From: a virus
Length of the DNA stretch: 64,000 nucleotides
Reading direction: 5' to 3' (one strand)
UHGV virus genome: UHGV-0198106
The notes under the pieces are model-generated. The model had not been told where the DNA came from and made no database searches. It saw nothing but the letters and a program-made list of their open reading frames with translations. This document shows positions 1 through 10,498 of this stretch, piece by piece (the stretch's first letter is position 1; each line of letters begins with the position of its first letter). A program made the position numbers and the translations under genes.

Positions 1-534
1 ATGGCGATGCCAGATTTCAGAGGAGCTTTTACATACGATCCAAATACTGGGCACCTTTTCTGGTCAATGAGTAATATCTACAATAAACAGAAAGGACAAC
101 GTGCTGGGTGTGTTAATAGCAGGGGGTATCGTATACTGACCTTCAAGAAGAAATCATATCTAGAGCATAGAGTCATAGCTGAAATGTTTATACCTAGAAT
201 AGAAGGTAAAGATCAGATTAACCACAAGAATGGGGTTAAAGATGACAACAGACTTGAGAATCTTGAATGGTGCACAGGTAGTGAAAATTGCCAGCATTCT
301 GTAGATACAGGTCTTATGAAAGTTAAAAGTCTTGAAGAAAATCCAAATTCAAAACTTACTAAAGAGCAAGTCCTCTTCTGTATAGAGAACTATAAACCGA
401 GAGATAGTGAATTCGGCGCTAGAGCCTTATCTAGGAAATTTGGTGTTAACAAAAGCACAATATCTCTCATCATTAATGGTACAAACTGGAAAGGAGTTAA
501 ATATGAGCATGCCAGAAGTACAAAACCCGATTAA
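1..534 (+). CDS. HNH homing endonuclease (HNH_3-type)
   Basis: Track ORF; motif INHKNGVKDDNRLENLEW typical of phage HNH endonucleases; ATG sits at window position 1, so the true 5' end may lie upstream. Confidence 0.7.
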   Translation: MAMPDFRGAFTYDPNTGHLFWSMSNIYNKQKGQRAGCVNSRGYRILTFKKKSYLEHRVIAEMFIPRIEGKDQINHKNGVKDDNRLENLEWCTGSENCQHSVDTGLMKVKSLEENPNSKLTKEQVLFCIENYKPRDSEFGARALSRKFGVNKSTISLIINGTNWKGVKYEHARSTKPD

Positions 535-1255
535 CACGTATGGCTGGCTTAAGAAAGCTGTTGCCTTGTGGGCCGATCGAGATGATGACGAATTTGTTAA
601 TCAAATTCCAAACTTTATTAACTTTGCAGAGAAAGAGATTTATCGTAACTTACGTATTCCTCCTCTGGAAAAAGAAGTCTATTTAGATATCAAAGATGGA
701 GTGGCTTATATTCCTCCTGATTACTTAGAAGCTCAATGGATGATGAGAGCCAAAGATGGTACAATCTTCCAAGTAACATCTCCTGAGGAGATTAGCTATC
801 GTAGGCAGCATGGAACAATTAACCCATCTCACTGGAATAACCAACCTGTTAATTTTGCTCGTTTCGGGAGTCGTTTCATTTTCTACCCTAGCATTGAAGC
901 AGATACTCCATACTACCCTGATGATGGAAGCCCTTTGATTCCAGCAGAAAACTCAGTAATTCTTAGTTACTATGCAGACCCACCGGAATTCCATGAAGAC
1001 GCAGACACTAGTGCTATCCTTACTATCGCACCAGAACTTCTTCTGTACTTCACCCTACGTCATGCTTGTCTGTTTGTTCAAGATGATAACGGTGTTCAGA
1101 AATGGTCAGCATTAGGAAAAGCTATCCTTGATGAAATGGTAGAGCAGAATAAGAAACAGGAGTATTCAGGTTCACCTATCGCAATTCCGAACAACATGAC
1201 TCGACTTCAGAGCAGCCTGCCTGACATTTATGGCATTCGTACATCTCGTCCATAA
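503..1255 (+). CDS. hypothetical virion-module protein
   Basis: Track ORF 407..1255 trimmed to first in-frame ATG (503), preceded by AAGGAG at 491-496; overlaps 3' end of the HNH gene; no recognisable motif. Confidence 0.5.
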   Translation: MSMPEVQNPINTYGWLKKAVALWADRDDDEFVNQIPNFINFAEKEIYRNLRIPPLEKEVYLDIKDGVAYIPPDYLEAQWMMRAKDGTIFQVTSPEEISYRRQHGTINPSHWNNQPVNFARFGSRFIFYPSIEADTPYYPDDGSPLIPAENSVILSYYADPPEFHEDADTSAILTIAPELLLYFTLRHACLFVQDDNGVQKWSALGKAILDEMVEQNKKQEYSGSPIAIPNNMTRLQSSLPDIYGIRTSRP

Positions 1256-1264
1256 GGAGAAACC

Positions 1265-3808
1265 ATGATCAGTTATAATAATTCAGCACCCGATGCAATC
1301 AATAACGTAGGCCAATTTGGTGCTACTGAAGGTTCTATCGGAGCCTATAAACAAGCAGCAGAATATGCAGCTGATGCTAAATATTGGGCACTCTTGTCTC
1401 AAACTAAATACAACTCTGTGGAAGACATTCTCTCGGAAGTAGAGCGGCTCTATGCCCAAGGCCGTCTGCTTGAAGAAGATATTAAGCAACTTAAGGCAGA
1501 TTTTGAAGATCAGAATCAAGTCTTATTAGGACTTATTCAGTCTACAGGACAAGCTATTGACAACACAAATGCAGCTACAGAGCTTTCAAAAGAAGCAACA
1601 CAGAAAGTGCTGGATCAGCTTGATATCATATCTAACATGACTGTTCAGGTATCTCTGCTCCCTCCGGGCAGTTTAGCAACCGGTAGTTATGATAATGAGA
1701 CAGGTCAATTCTCTTTTGGTATTCCAGAAGGGACTCCCGGGCGAGACGGCACAGACGGAACTATTTCTGATATAGGATCTGTTGCTATAGGGGTTCCTGA
1801 TTCGGAAGATTATGGGTTCTATGTTGACTCAACAGATGGGGGTTTATACCGCACTTCAATGGATAACATTGCGAATCTTGTACCCTCTATTAGATCTGTT
1901 TCTATCAATGGAGGTCCAGAACAAACAGGAGATATTTCTTTTAATTCAGTATCCAGCTTCAAGAGCCGTACAGGTGATGTTATTCCACAAGCAGGTGATT
2001 ACTCTGTGGACCAGATTACCGGGGCAGCAAAAAGTGGAGCTAACTCTGATATTACCTCTTTGTCTGGGTTGACTTCTGCAATATTGGTTAGTCAGGGTGG
2101 TACGGGGGCAACTACTCCAGAATCGGCTCGTACTAATCTAGGATTAGGTTTAGTTGCTACTGAATCTATTGTACCTATCACGAAAGGTGGTACAGGAGCA
2201 AATACTGTCACGGAAGCAAGGTCTAATCTAGGATTAGGTTTAGTTGCTACTGAATCTATTGTACCTATCACGAAAGGTGGTACAGGTTCCACTAGTGCTG
2301 AGAATGCTCGATTAGCACTTGTAGCAGCAAAAAGTGGAGATAACTCTGATATTACCTCTTTTACTAACAAAGTGAGTTTTACACAACCAGTTAGCATCCC
2401 TGATGCGACAGTTAGTACAGAAGCTGCTTCCTATGGTCAAGTATTCCCAGCTCTAGAAATGTCAAGCAAGGTATCCTCTTACGATGGGTTTAATTCCATA
2501 GGCCGAGTCTTAAACCTCTCCGCACTTCAAACAGTAAACCCTCCTTCCGCTGGGATTACTATCAGAGTTGCATCTGCTTTTGCATCATCAGAAGCTCAGG
2601 CGATGCGAGGCGGTGGGTTGTTCCAAAGCATCCCTAGAGAGGGTCAGGTGAATGACTATGGTATAGTCGTTTTCCCTGTTGAAGAAGGTTTATATTGTTG
2701 GAAACGTTTGAACGTTACTACATATGAAGCAGAATTTTGGGGAGTTGTTCCTGACGGATCTACTGATAACGCTGTTGCTATCCAGAGAGCTATGGATTAT
2801 GCTAAACGAAATAAAGTGATTATTGATTTCCCAGCTGGGAACATCCACACTTCTGTAGCCGTTCCTATTTATGACAATTGTGGAATAAGGGGAAAAGGTA
2901 GGGCTGAGTCTACAGTGTTTTATAAAACATCAAACTCTTACACCCAAGTAGGTCCTAGTTATTCAGTGGATGCTCTCTGTGTGTTTATACCTTCTGTCTG
3001 GGATTTATCAGACCATGAGATGAAATCCTATTGTTCTCATGCCCATGTTAGTAAGTGTATGTTTAGACGTCTTGGCATGTCTGCATCAACAGCGGAGTCT
3101 ATTGCACCACAATATGGTCTCTTCTTAGGGAAGGCAGCTTCTCCTGTAGTAGAGGATTGTATCTTTGAAGGGGGTAAGACCGGGCTTAAGGCATATAATG
3201 CTTTTTCTGGAGGAATCATCCGAACCTCTTTTGTTCAGTTTAACAGGGTTGGTATTACGGGGTTTGACATTTCTTACTATAACTCTGAGACTGGAGTTTT
3301 ATATCAATCTGGCACCAGCATGGATATTAGAAACGTCGGAATCAGAGGGTACCAGACTGGTTTTTCTTTAGGTAGACTTCAGCATAGCACCATGACTGAT
3401 TGCTCTGTTGAAGAGGTATTTCCTCGACCTGAAGGTGGGGAGGCTTGGGCTTTCGAATTCATTGATCCTTATATGATTTCTATGAATGGGTGTGCTACTG
3501 AGTTCATATCAGGAGGTCAGATTAAGGTAAGAGGCTTTACTAATCCGAGCTTTAGTGCTGCCTTAAATGTCACTGGATATGTAGCAATAGACCAACAAAA
3601 CCCTTCTATAAGCACCCCATATTACAACATTGATGGTGGTGGTAATGTACTAAACGTAGTTTTCCAGTCGTGTGAACTAGGTAAGGCATCACTAGCTAAT
3701 CTAACAAACCCGGTAGTAGGTAGTGCAAACACTAAGGTCATCTATATAGGGACTACAGGTGTCGATCCAACCGTATCAGGTGGTGGGTCCTTTGTTAAGC
3801 TGGCATAA
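1265..3808 (+). CDS. tail fibre / tailspike protein
   Basis: 847 aa; ATG preceded by AAGGAGAAACC; two pairs of near-identical internal peptide repeats (NLGLGLVATESIVPITKGGTG x2, AAKSG-NSDITS x2); C-terminal half resembles beta-rich fibre/spike sequence. Confidence 0.6.
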   Translation: MISYNNSAPDAINNVGQFGATEGSIGAYKQAAEYAADAKYWALLSQTKYNSVEDILSEVERLYAQGRLLEEDIKQLKADFEDQNQVLLGLIQSTGQAIDNTNAATELSKEATQKVLDQLDIISNMTVQVSLLPPGSLATGSYDNETGQFSFGIPEGTPGRDGTDGTISDIGSVAIGVPDSEDYGFYVDSTDGGLYRTSMDNIANLVPSIRSVSINGGPEQTGDISFNSVSSFKSRTGDVIPQAGDYSVDQITGAAKSGANSDITSLSGLTSAILVSQGGTGATTPESARTNLGLGLVATESIVPITKGGTGANTVTEARSNLGLGLVATESIVPITKGGTGSTSAENARLALVAAKSGDNSDITSFTNKVSFTQPVSIPDATVSTEAASYGQVFPALEMSSKVSSYDGFNSIGRVLNLSALQTVNPPSAGITIRVASAFASSEAQAMRGGGLFQSIPREGQVNDYGIVVFPVEEGLYCWKRLNVTTYEAEFWGVVPDGSTDNAVAIQRAMDYAKRNKVIIDFPAGNIHTSVAVPIYDNCGIRGKGRAESTVFYKTSNSYTQVGPSYSVDALCVFIPSVWDLSDHEMKSYCSHAHVSKCMFRRLGMSASTAESIAPQYGLFLGKAASPVVEDCIFEGGKTGLKAYNAFSGGIIRTSFVQFNRVGITGFDISYYNSETGVLYQSGTSMDIRNVGIRGYQTGFSLGRLQHSTMTDCSVEEVFPRPEGGEAWAFEFIDPYMISMNGCATEFISGGQIKVRGFTNPSFSAALNVTGYVAIDQQNPSISTPYYNIDGGGNVLNVVFQSCELGKASLANLTNPVVGSANTKVIYIGTTGVDPTVSGGGSFVKLA
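2133..2286 (+). repeat. two identical 64-bp direct repeats (2133-2196 and 2223-2286) inside the tail fibre gene
   Basis: Read directly: ctaatctaggattaggtttagttgctactgaatctattgtacctatcacgaaaggtggtacagg occurs twice with a 90-bp period. Confidence 0.85.
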
Positions 3809-3816
3809 TCTATAGT

Positions 3817-3835
3817 CCCTCCCGTAATGGGAGGG
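3817..3835 (+). terminator. hairpin after tail fibre gene (weak terminator candidate)
   Basis: CCCTCCC-gtaat-GGGAGGG inverted repeat 9 nt after the stop codon; no clear U-tract. Confidence 0.3.
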
Positions 3836-3910
3836 GTTAGTAGCGAGTGTCAATAAGTGGTAATGAAATCATTATACTAATAAGAGGTTAATATATAGGA
3901 GACATTAAAA

Positions 3911-4129
3911 ATGAAAATGATGAAACAAGCTGTATACGGTTTAGTGTGTCTAAGTGCAGGTGTTGTGGTATCTACCGCAGTTCCTGTAGGCGCAGTTCAC
4001 CCATTAGTAACTGTCCCTGCTCAGGTAGAGAAGCTTAGTTCTCAGTGCAAGCAGAGGACAATTCAGAATAATTTAGTCGTTATTTGTCCTGATGCTGAAT
4101 CTAACGCTCTGAGAAAGATACTACCTTAA
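3911..4129 (+). CDS. small secreted/membrane protein (possible lysis accessory)
   Basis: 72 aa with hydrophobic N-terminus (VYGLVCLSAGVVVSTAV); immediately upstream of the lysozyme gene. Confidence 0.4.
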   Translation: MKMMKQAVYGLVCLSAGVVVSTAVPVGAVHPLVTVPAQVEKLSSQCKQRTIQNNLVVICPDAESNALRKILP

Positions 4130-4159
4130 TTTAAAGGGATTACAAAAAGGAGGTTAGAA

Positions 4160-4651
4160 ATGGACAACGCCGCATTGCCACCTGTACAGCTAAACTTAAG
4201 CCCAGCTGGAATGGAATTCATCATGAAGCATGAGGGTATGAGAACCAAAGCTTATAAAGATTCCGCAGGTATCTGGACGATATGTGTAGGGGCTACGCGC
4301 GACATGAATGGGTATCCGGTTAGACAAGGATTAACGTATTCTATAGAGGATTGTCTAGCTCTGCTAGATAGAGACACGCAAGACTCTGTTCGTGCTACTC
4401 AGAAGAACATAAAGGTTCCTTTGTTAGTTCATGAGTTTGATGCGCTCACTTCTTTCAACTTCAATGTTGGTAGTGGGGCTTTGAGCACATCTAAGCTAAG
4501 AAAGGTTATCAATGGAGAAGTGAAAGGTGATGTTTATTCCGAATTTCTTCGTTGGGATAAGATAACGGTCAAGGGAGAGAAGCAGAGAAGTCAGGGTCTT
4601 CATAACAGAAGGGTTGCAGAAGCTGATCTTTATACCGAAGGTAAATATTAA
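4160..4651 (+). CDS. lysozyme, glycoside hydrolase family 24 (phage lysozyme)
   Basis: AAAGGAGG then ATG; sequence FIMKHEGMRTKAYKDSAGIWTICVGATRDMNG... matches the lambda R / P22 gp19 lysozyme family pattern. Confidence 0.85.
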   Translation: MDNAALPPVQLNLSPAGMEFIMKHEGMRTKAYKDSAGIWTICVGATRDMNGYPVRQGLTYSIEDCLALLDRDTQDSVRATQKNIKVPLLVHEFDALTSFNFNVGSGALSTSKLRKVINGEVKGDVYSEFLRWDKITVKGEKQRSQGLHNRRVAEADLYTEGKY

Positions 4652-4663
4652 TGGAGGTGCCTC

Positions 4664-5467
4664 TTGGCTATTGAAACTAATGCGGTAGTAGTTACCGACT
4701 TAAACCCTCTCTATCCTCGTGATAGAGATTATATTTATGAAGGTGCAGCCCAGCTGCGCCTAGTTAAACAAGTATTACAGAACACATTCCCTAATTTAAC
4801 AGAACCTATGACTGTAGATTCTGATACACTAGCCGCTATCTCTGACAAAATTTCTTTTGCTGGGGATTATATGGATGTTGGCGGCCTGATGATTAAAAAT
4901 GGTACAGCAGGCACTGGTAATAATGATTTTACCACTAAAGCTCAAATGGAAGCTTTTATGCTTAACTGGATGCAAAACAAGATTTATAGGGTTGGGTCCT
5001 ACTACATCACTGAGGAGGATATCAATCCGGGGGATTCTACATCTTTAGGGTTTGGTATCTGGACAGCTGTTACTGGTGTTATTATGGGTGCCGGAGTTGT
5101 GAACCCTGACGGAACAGTCCCTAATGCTCAGCGTGTGGAGTTTACTGCTGGTGCTACTGGTGGTCGTGTTTACAACACGATTAAGACAGAGAATCTACCA
5201 TTAACCACAATCTCTGGTTCTAGTTTTTCTCTTTCTAACTATACACACACCCATACAACAACGTTTGGGCGAGGAGATGCTAGTGGTCATAACAGTTCAC
5301 CTAACTGGTACAACCCCGGTAGTGGATATTCTGCTGTAACAAGCTCTGATACCCACACCCACTCTATCACGGGTGATGCAACATTTGGCTATGATGACGT
5401 ATCTCGTCAACCTATAAATACGTTACCACCTTTCCGTGCAGCATATATCTGGAGACGTATTAGCTAA
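4664..5467 (+). CDS. tail fibre-like protein with HxH motifs
   Basis: TTG start 4 nt after GGAGGTG; C-terminal NYTHTHTTTF and SDTHTHSITG HxH motifs, as in phage fibre tip domains. Confidence 0.5.
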   Translation: MAIETNAVVVTDLNPLYPRDRDYIYEGAAQLRLVKQVLQNTFPNLTEPMTVDSDTLAAISDKISFAGDYMDVGGLMIKNGTAGTGNNDFTTKAQMEAFMLNWMQNKIYRVGSYYITEEDINPGDSTSLGFGIWTAVTGVIMGAGVVNPDGTVPNAQRVEFTAGATGGRVYNTIKTENLPLTTISGSSFSLSNYTHTHTTTFGRGDASGHNSSPNWYNPGSGYSAVTSSDTHTHSITGDATFGYDDVSRQPINTLPPFRAAYIWRRIS

Positions 5468-5476
5468 GGAGGAAGT

Positions 5477-8434
5477 ATGGCTCTCTACCCAATAAAATCT
5501 TTGGGTGCGGTTGGTGTTATTGCCGACCAATCTCCTACAGATCTGGCTCCTAATGCATTCACCAATGCAATCAATGCTCGGTTTGTAGAACAACGCGTCT
5601 TTAAAACGGGGGGCTCTGCCCCTCTTTCTTACGTCGAGAGTGATAAAGAAATAAAACCATTATCATTCACTTCAATGCCTTTTGACTACTTCAGTGCTAA
5701 CAAAAGTTTCTTACTAGTAGGTACAGATAAGAGTATTTTTAGGTTAAATAATGAATCTATGGTTGATGTTAGTCGAAGAGTGGCTACAGTTACCAAAAAA
5801 GCTGTGTCTTATATTAAAATCAATCCTGTATTAACAGAGATCATCCCTAAAGAAACATCTGTCATTATGAATTTTAATGAAAGCAAGATTCTCGAGGTAT
5901 CTCTTCTTCCAGAGGGTGTTACTTCTCCATCCCTCGTGTGGGAGGTTAGTAACCCTTCTTATGGCTCAATACTAGTTGACCCTGTCGATAGTAAGAAAGC
6001 TACATTAAGCGTCTTGTCTAATGAGGGAAGCTTCACTGTCACGATCTCTAATGAAGATGAATCTGTGACTACCAGCATTTCCGTAAGGGTTGTCGATTCG
6101 GATTCTGGTATTTTTCTTAACCGAGATTCTGTGCAACTACGAAAAGGTGGAACAACCACTCTTACAGCAACAACAAGTAAGACTCCACTAACATGGACTT
6201 CTTCTAACCCAGCCATTATCTCTGTAGCACCTAACGGTGACACTACTACAGCAGTGTTAACCGCTCAAGGGGTAGGTAATGCGCTGATAACTGTAAGCAA
6301 CGGGTCTAAGACCTCAGAATGCTCTGTTAGTGTTATTAATCAGATTGACAGTATATCTTTAAGTCAAACAGATTTACAGATTAACCGTGGGACGTCTTAT
6401 GTTCTGTATGCTAGCCTAATCCCATCAAATGCTGCAAATCAGAAAATAACTTGGACTTCCTCTAACCCAAACATTGCTACTGTTTCGGGAACAGGTCTTC
6501 AAGGCACTGTCTCTGGACTCACAGCTGGATTTACAGTTATAACAGCAACCACGGAAGAAGGGGGGAGAGCAGCCACTTGTAATGTTAGGGTTGAGTTATC
6601 AAGCAGAACTCTTTTTGCTGCTGCATCAGCTCCTTCTGAAGAATCCAGTTCTATGGATTCAGGTATCGACACCTCATCAATGTCAGAGGGAAACCCTTTT
6701 TATGATTACTCTATGGTTGATGGCGTTGAAGCTTATTCGATAAATGAAGCTATGTCTAGGTCAACTCAGCTTGAATCCTTAACTCTTGACATTGTGGATA
6801 CCGAAATTGATGTTGGGGATGAATTAGTAATAACTGCAACGGCATTCCCTGAAGGGGAGTATCTTTATAATTGGGTGGTAGACCAGCCGGGGTATCTATC
6901 CTCTACCTCCACTACCGACCCTTCTTTTACCTTAACTGCTATTAAGACTGGCAAAGTGAAGATAACCTGCACTGCTAGTCAAGTAGCTCGTAGAGATTAT
7001 GAAGCATTTGAGGAGTATCCCTGGTATAATACGATCATCTCTAACTGCGCAGTATTCACTACTCACTACGAAACCCCTCAAGTAAAAGAGTTTGCCTCTG
7101 AGTATTTCACAGATCTTCCGGGGTGGGGTGAGCAAACAATAGTTGATGCTAACGGAAATCCATCTGTTGTGAAATATAACTGGAAGTGCGAGAGGATTCG
7201 TGCATTTAATAATCGCCTATTTGCTCTTAATATGCGAGAGTCTAATGCATCAGGGGTTACTACTCATTACCCTCTTCGCCTTCGCTGGTCTAACTATGCT
7301 AATGAGAATAAGGCACCTACTCTATGGGATGATTTTGCTTATGATAGATATGTGACTTCAGACTTAGCAGCAAATGTTGTAGGACAGACTGAGGCTCTGG
7401 AAAATGGGTATGCCGGGTATATAGATCTAGCTGACTCAAATGGTAGTTTAGTTGAGATTCTTCCTCTTAAAGATTACCTGTTTATCTATACAGAGTTTGA
7501 GACTTACATTGGATCTCCAACTAACAACACATATCAGCCACTGATGTTCAAGAAACTATTCAATGATTCTGGAATCTTAGCACCTGAGTGTGTAGTTGAA
7601 GTTGAAAGTGGTCACTTTGTTGTTACTCAGAATGATGTTATTCTACACAATGGTGCAACCAAGAAGTCTATTGCATCCAACAGGGTCAAGAATATGCTTA
7701 TCAATGAGGTGTGTTTAGTAAACCCTTTAGCCACTAAGGTTCATCTGCATCAGGATAAGAAGGAAGTGTGGATCCTCTATGTTGGTCCCGGAGAACCTGC
7801 TGGGAGTTTTGCTTGTACAAAAGCTGCTGTATGGAATTATGAGTTTGATACATGGTCTTTTCGTACAATTCCATTCTCTCATTGTATTGGTTTAGTGGAT
7901 CCTCCGACTTTAGAGAAAGGTCCTACTTGGGTTGATTTCCAAGAGTATACTTGGGATGATCCATCAATTAGTGAGCTTGTGTGGAGAAAGGATTCTACTA
8001 ACTTCCGTCAGAGAGTAACTGTAGTAGGTTCTTGGATGAAAGGTTTTTACCAAGTAGACATAGGCCCTTATGACTATTCTTATGATAGGCTGAATGACAT
8101 TGTTGTCAAAAAGCCTTTAGAGATGAGACTGGAAAGAACTGGTATTGATTTTGACAATGTAACTAATGAATGGAATCAGAAGCACATAAATCGATTCCGT
8201 CCACAAGTAACAGGGTCGGGTACCTACATATTCCAAGCTGGCGGTAGTCAGTATTCGGACCAGGAGGATAGGCATATCCACAGTGAAAAGCCTTATATAA
8301 TTGGTGTGGACAGGCATGTAAGCGTCCGACTGAACCATCCGTATCTATTCTATAATGTTATAGATAATGATGTTAACAGTAATGCAGCTATCAATGGGTT
8401 AACTATTGAGTTTGCTGTTGGCGGGCGAAGATAA
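5477..8434 (+). CDS. large virion protein with Ig-like (Big_2-type) repeats
   Basis: 985 aa; AAGGAGG then ATG; repeated ~80-aa segments of the type VTAQGVGNALITVSNGSKTSECSVSV in residues ~200-380. Confidence 0.5.
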   Translation: MALYPIKSLGAVGVIADQSPTDLAPNAFTNAINARFVEQRVFKTGGSAPLSYVESDKEIKPLSFTSMPFDYFSANKSFLLVGTDKSIFRLNNESMVDVSRRVATVTKKAVSYIKINPVLTEIIPKETSVIMNFNESKILEVSLLPEGVTSPSLVWEVSNPSYGSILVDPVDSKKATLSVLSNEGSFTVTISNEDESVTTSISVRVVDSDSGIFLNRDSVQLRKGGTTTLTATTSKTPLTWTSSNPAIISVAPNGDTTTAVLTAQGVGNALITVSNGSKTSECSVSVINQIDSISLSQTDLQINRGTSYVLYASLIPSNAANQKITWTSSNPNIATVSGTGLQGTVSGLTAGFTVITATTEEGGRAATCNVRVELSSRTLFAAASAPSEESSSMDSGIDTSSMSEGNPFYDYSMVDGVEAYSINEAMSRSTQLESLTLDIVDTEIDVGDELVITATAFPEGEYLYNWVVDQPGYLSSTSTTDPSFTLTAIKTGKVKITCTASQVARRDYEAFEEYPWYNTIISNCAVFTTHYETPQVKEFASEYFTDLPGWGEQTIVDANGNPSVVKYNWKCERIRAFNNRLFALNMRESNASGVTTHYPLRLRWSNYANENKAPTLWDDFAYDRYVTSDLAANVVGQTEALENGYAGYIDLADSNGSLVEILPLKDYLFIYTEFETYIGSPTNNTYQPLMFKKLFNDSGILAPECVVEVESGHFVVTQNDVILHNGATKKSIASNRVKNMLINEVCLVNPLATKVHLHQDKKEVWILYVGPGEPAGSFACTKAAVWNYEFDTWSFRTIPFSHCIGLVDPPTLEKGPTWVDFQEYTWDDPSISELVWRKDSTNFRQRVTVVGSWMKGFYQVDIGPYDYSYDRLNDIVVKKPLEMRLERTGIDFDNVTNEWNQKHINRFRPQVTGSGTYIFQAGGSQYSDQEDRHIHSEKPYIIGVDRHVSVRLNHPYLFYNVIDNDVNSNAAINGLTIEFAVGGRR

Positions 8435-8438
8435 TAAC

Positions 8439-8470
8439 AAGGGAGCTTCGTGCTCCCTTTTCTTGTTTAT
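8439..8470 (+). terminator. rho-independent terminator
   Basis: AAGGGAGC-ttcgt-GCTCCCTT stem-loop followed by TTCTTGTTTATTG, directly after the 985-aa gene. Confidence 0.7.
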
Positions 8471-8484
8471 TGTAAGGAGGTTCT

Positions 8485-9453
8485 ATGGGTGCTGGTGGCT
8501 TTCGTAAGAATACCGGAAGAAACAACACAACACAACCTTATAGTGTGGGCTTTCTAAACACCTCTGAGAGTGTAGAAACTAATAACGTTGCAATATATGA
8601 TGAACTCCAGAATATTAGTACTGCAACTAATCAAATGTTCCAAGCTATAGATGAAATCCATGAGGAGATTGATGTTCGTATTAAAGCCCTTCATGCTATG
8701 AATTTGCAATTCGATGAACTAGAGAACCGTGTTACGACAGAGATTGAGACTGCCATTGCAGATATCATAACACAAATGGGTAATCTATCCACCGATGATA
8801 TTTGGGATAATTCGGTTAGCCCTCCTGTCAAATTGGATTCAACTATGTCTGGTATTAAGACTTCAATAGAAGGCAATACGGCATCTATTCAAACTGTTGA
8901 AGGTATCGTCAATGATCAAGGACAAGAGATTGCCCTTATTCAATCTGATTTAACGAATGGGACAGGTAGTGCTTCTCAGTATATGAAACTAACTGAGTAT
9001 GAAGCTACTTGGGGTGTTAATTCCACAGTAAATGGTAAGACAGCAGGGGTAAAGTTAACAAACAATGGATCTATAAGCCAATTCCAAGTAACAGCTGATA
9101 AGTTTGTGGTATCTGATGGCACATCAGGAAGTACACCATTCAAGGTTGAGAACGGTAGGGCTGTTATGGAGTTTGCTGACATTACTAACGTAGTTATCAC
9201 CTCTGCTCAAATTGCAACTGCGACTATTGAGTGGGGACAGATTACTAATGTATCAATAACCAACGCTCAGATCCAAAGTCTATCAGCGGATAAAATAACA
9301 GCCGGTACAATGTCAGGGACTAACTGGAGATTCACCGTTGGTGGTGATTTTGTTATGGGTGGTACAGGTGGGGCACAGTTGTGGATGAATGGAAACAGAA
9401 TAGACTTCTACGATGGAAGTGGTGCTCTGAGAATTAGAATAGGGAGTTGGTAA
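8485..9453 (+). CDS. virion structural protein (fibre-like)
   Basis: TAAGGAGG then ATG; internal short repeats (ITNVVITSAQI / ITNVSITNAQI); Gly-rich C-terminus. Confidence 0.45.
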   Translation: MGAGGFRKNTGRNNTTQPYSVGFLNTSESVETNNVAIYDELQNISTATNQMFQAIDEIHEEIDVRIKALHAMNLQFDELENRVTTEIETAIADIITQMGNLSTDDIWDNSVSPPVKLDSTMSGIKTSIEGNTASIQTVEGIVNDQGQEIALIQSDLTNGTGSASQYMKLTEYEATWGVNSTVNGKTAGVKLTNNGSISQFQVTADKFVVSDGTSGSTPFKVENGRAVMEFADITNVVITSAQIATATIEWGQITNVSITNAQIQSLSADKITAGTMSGTNWRFTVGGDFVMGGTGGAQLWMNGNRIDFYDGSGALRIRIGSW

Positions 9454-9454
9454 T

Positions 9455-10486
9455 ATGGCATATGGAATATGGGCACAACCAGTAGGGCCGGGGCCAGCAA
9501 CCCCTGCTCCCTTATTTATTGATAGCGGAAGTACTTTCCCTCAGTTCAAGAATAGTATAAGAGGGAGTTTTAACTTTAATGGAGCTGGGAGATCTTTCCC
9601 TATTAGTGGATGGGATGGTAGTGGTCAGATAATTATTGTCCCCACTGGTTCTCTGTGCTGGCAATGGGAAGTCCCTCCTAACTTAGTCCCTGATGTTTAT
9701 TGTGTAAATAACATCTATGTAGAAAATGCCTCATCTTTTAGGGTTACTCTGAACCAGAATCCTGGCAGTAACCCCCTGTTTGATTGTGGGTTCAACGTTT
9801 ATCAAATTTGGCCTAGAGCTGATAGGAATTACGGAATCACTTTCTCAAATACAGCAGACTATTTTTCCATATCAGATGCTGGAGTTGTTGGTCAATGTAT
9901 TTGGGCTTGGCAGGGGGTCATAAACAATGCCCTTCAGATACCAAATATCGGTGGGTTCAATATGGCAAACGCTGTTGTGTTCGCTAACTGGTCTGATGGA
10001 GGTCTTGGCCTGTCTTACACATCTGATGACAGAGTTATTCGTGTCTACCAGAACAGACCTTACGTAAACGGCAACACTAATGAGGGTGGTTCAGTGTTTG
10101 CTAGAGTTGCAGTATTCTGCAATGGGGCAGGGGTTCCGGAACATAATGGAGGTTTGAATATCTACTCTCCGGGTACCACACAATGTGTCTTCTCTACTAA
10201 CAGAACACCTTTCACTGTGGATACTTTTATAGGCTCAGGAGGTGGTAACACTGGAATGTCATACCCCATGATACCTCTTACCTCTGGAATAGGTGCAATA
10301 AAAGGCCAAGGCAGTGGATGGAGATATCAGCAAATGAGATCTCACACCATGAGTGGTTCTGCGATAGGAACTGGCTATGGAAGGTATCTGTTTCAGTGGG
10401 ATCAAAATTACGACCTAGGAGCTGACACTGTAGTTAATTTATCGGTTCCTGTAATAAATGCAGCTAAGGTTTTTGCTGGACTATAA
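9455..10486 (+). CDS. virion structural protein
   Basis: ATG 1 nt after the upstream stop (coupled); Gly/Asn/Ser-rich beta-type composition; position in virion module. Confidence 0.45.
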   Translation: MAYGIWAQPVGPGPATPAPLFIDSGSTFPQFKNSIRGSFNFNGAGRSFPISGWDGSGQIIIVPTGSLCWQWEVPPNLVPDVYCVNNIYVENASSFRVTLNQNPGSNPLFDCGFNVYQIWPRADRNYGITFSNTADYFSISDAGVVGQCIWAWQGVINNALQIPNIGGFNMANAVVFANWSDGGLGLSYTSDDRVIRVYQNRPYVNGNTNEGGSVFARVAVFCNGAGVPEHNGGLNIYSPGTTQCVFSTNRTPFTVDTFIGSGGGNTGMSYPMIPLTSGIGAIKGQGSGWRYQQMRSHTMSGSAIGTGYGRYLFQWDQNYDLGADTVVNLSVPVINAAKVFAGL

Positions 10487-10498
10487 CAAGGAGATATT

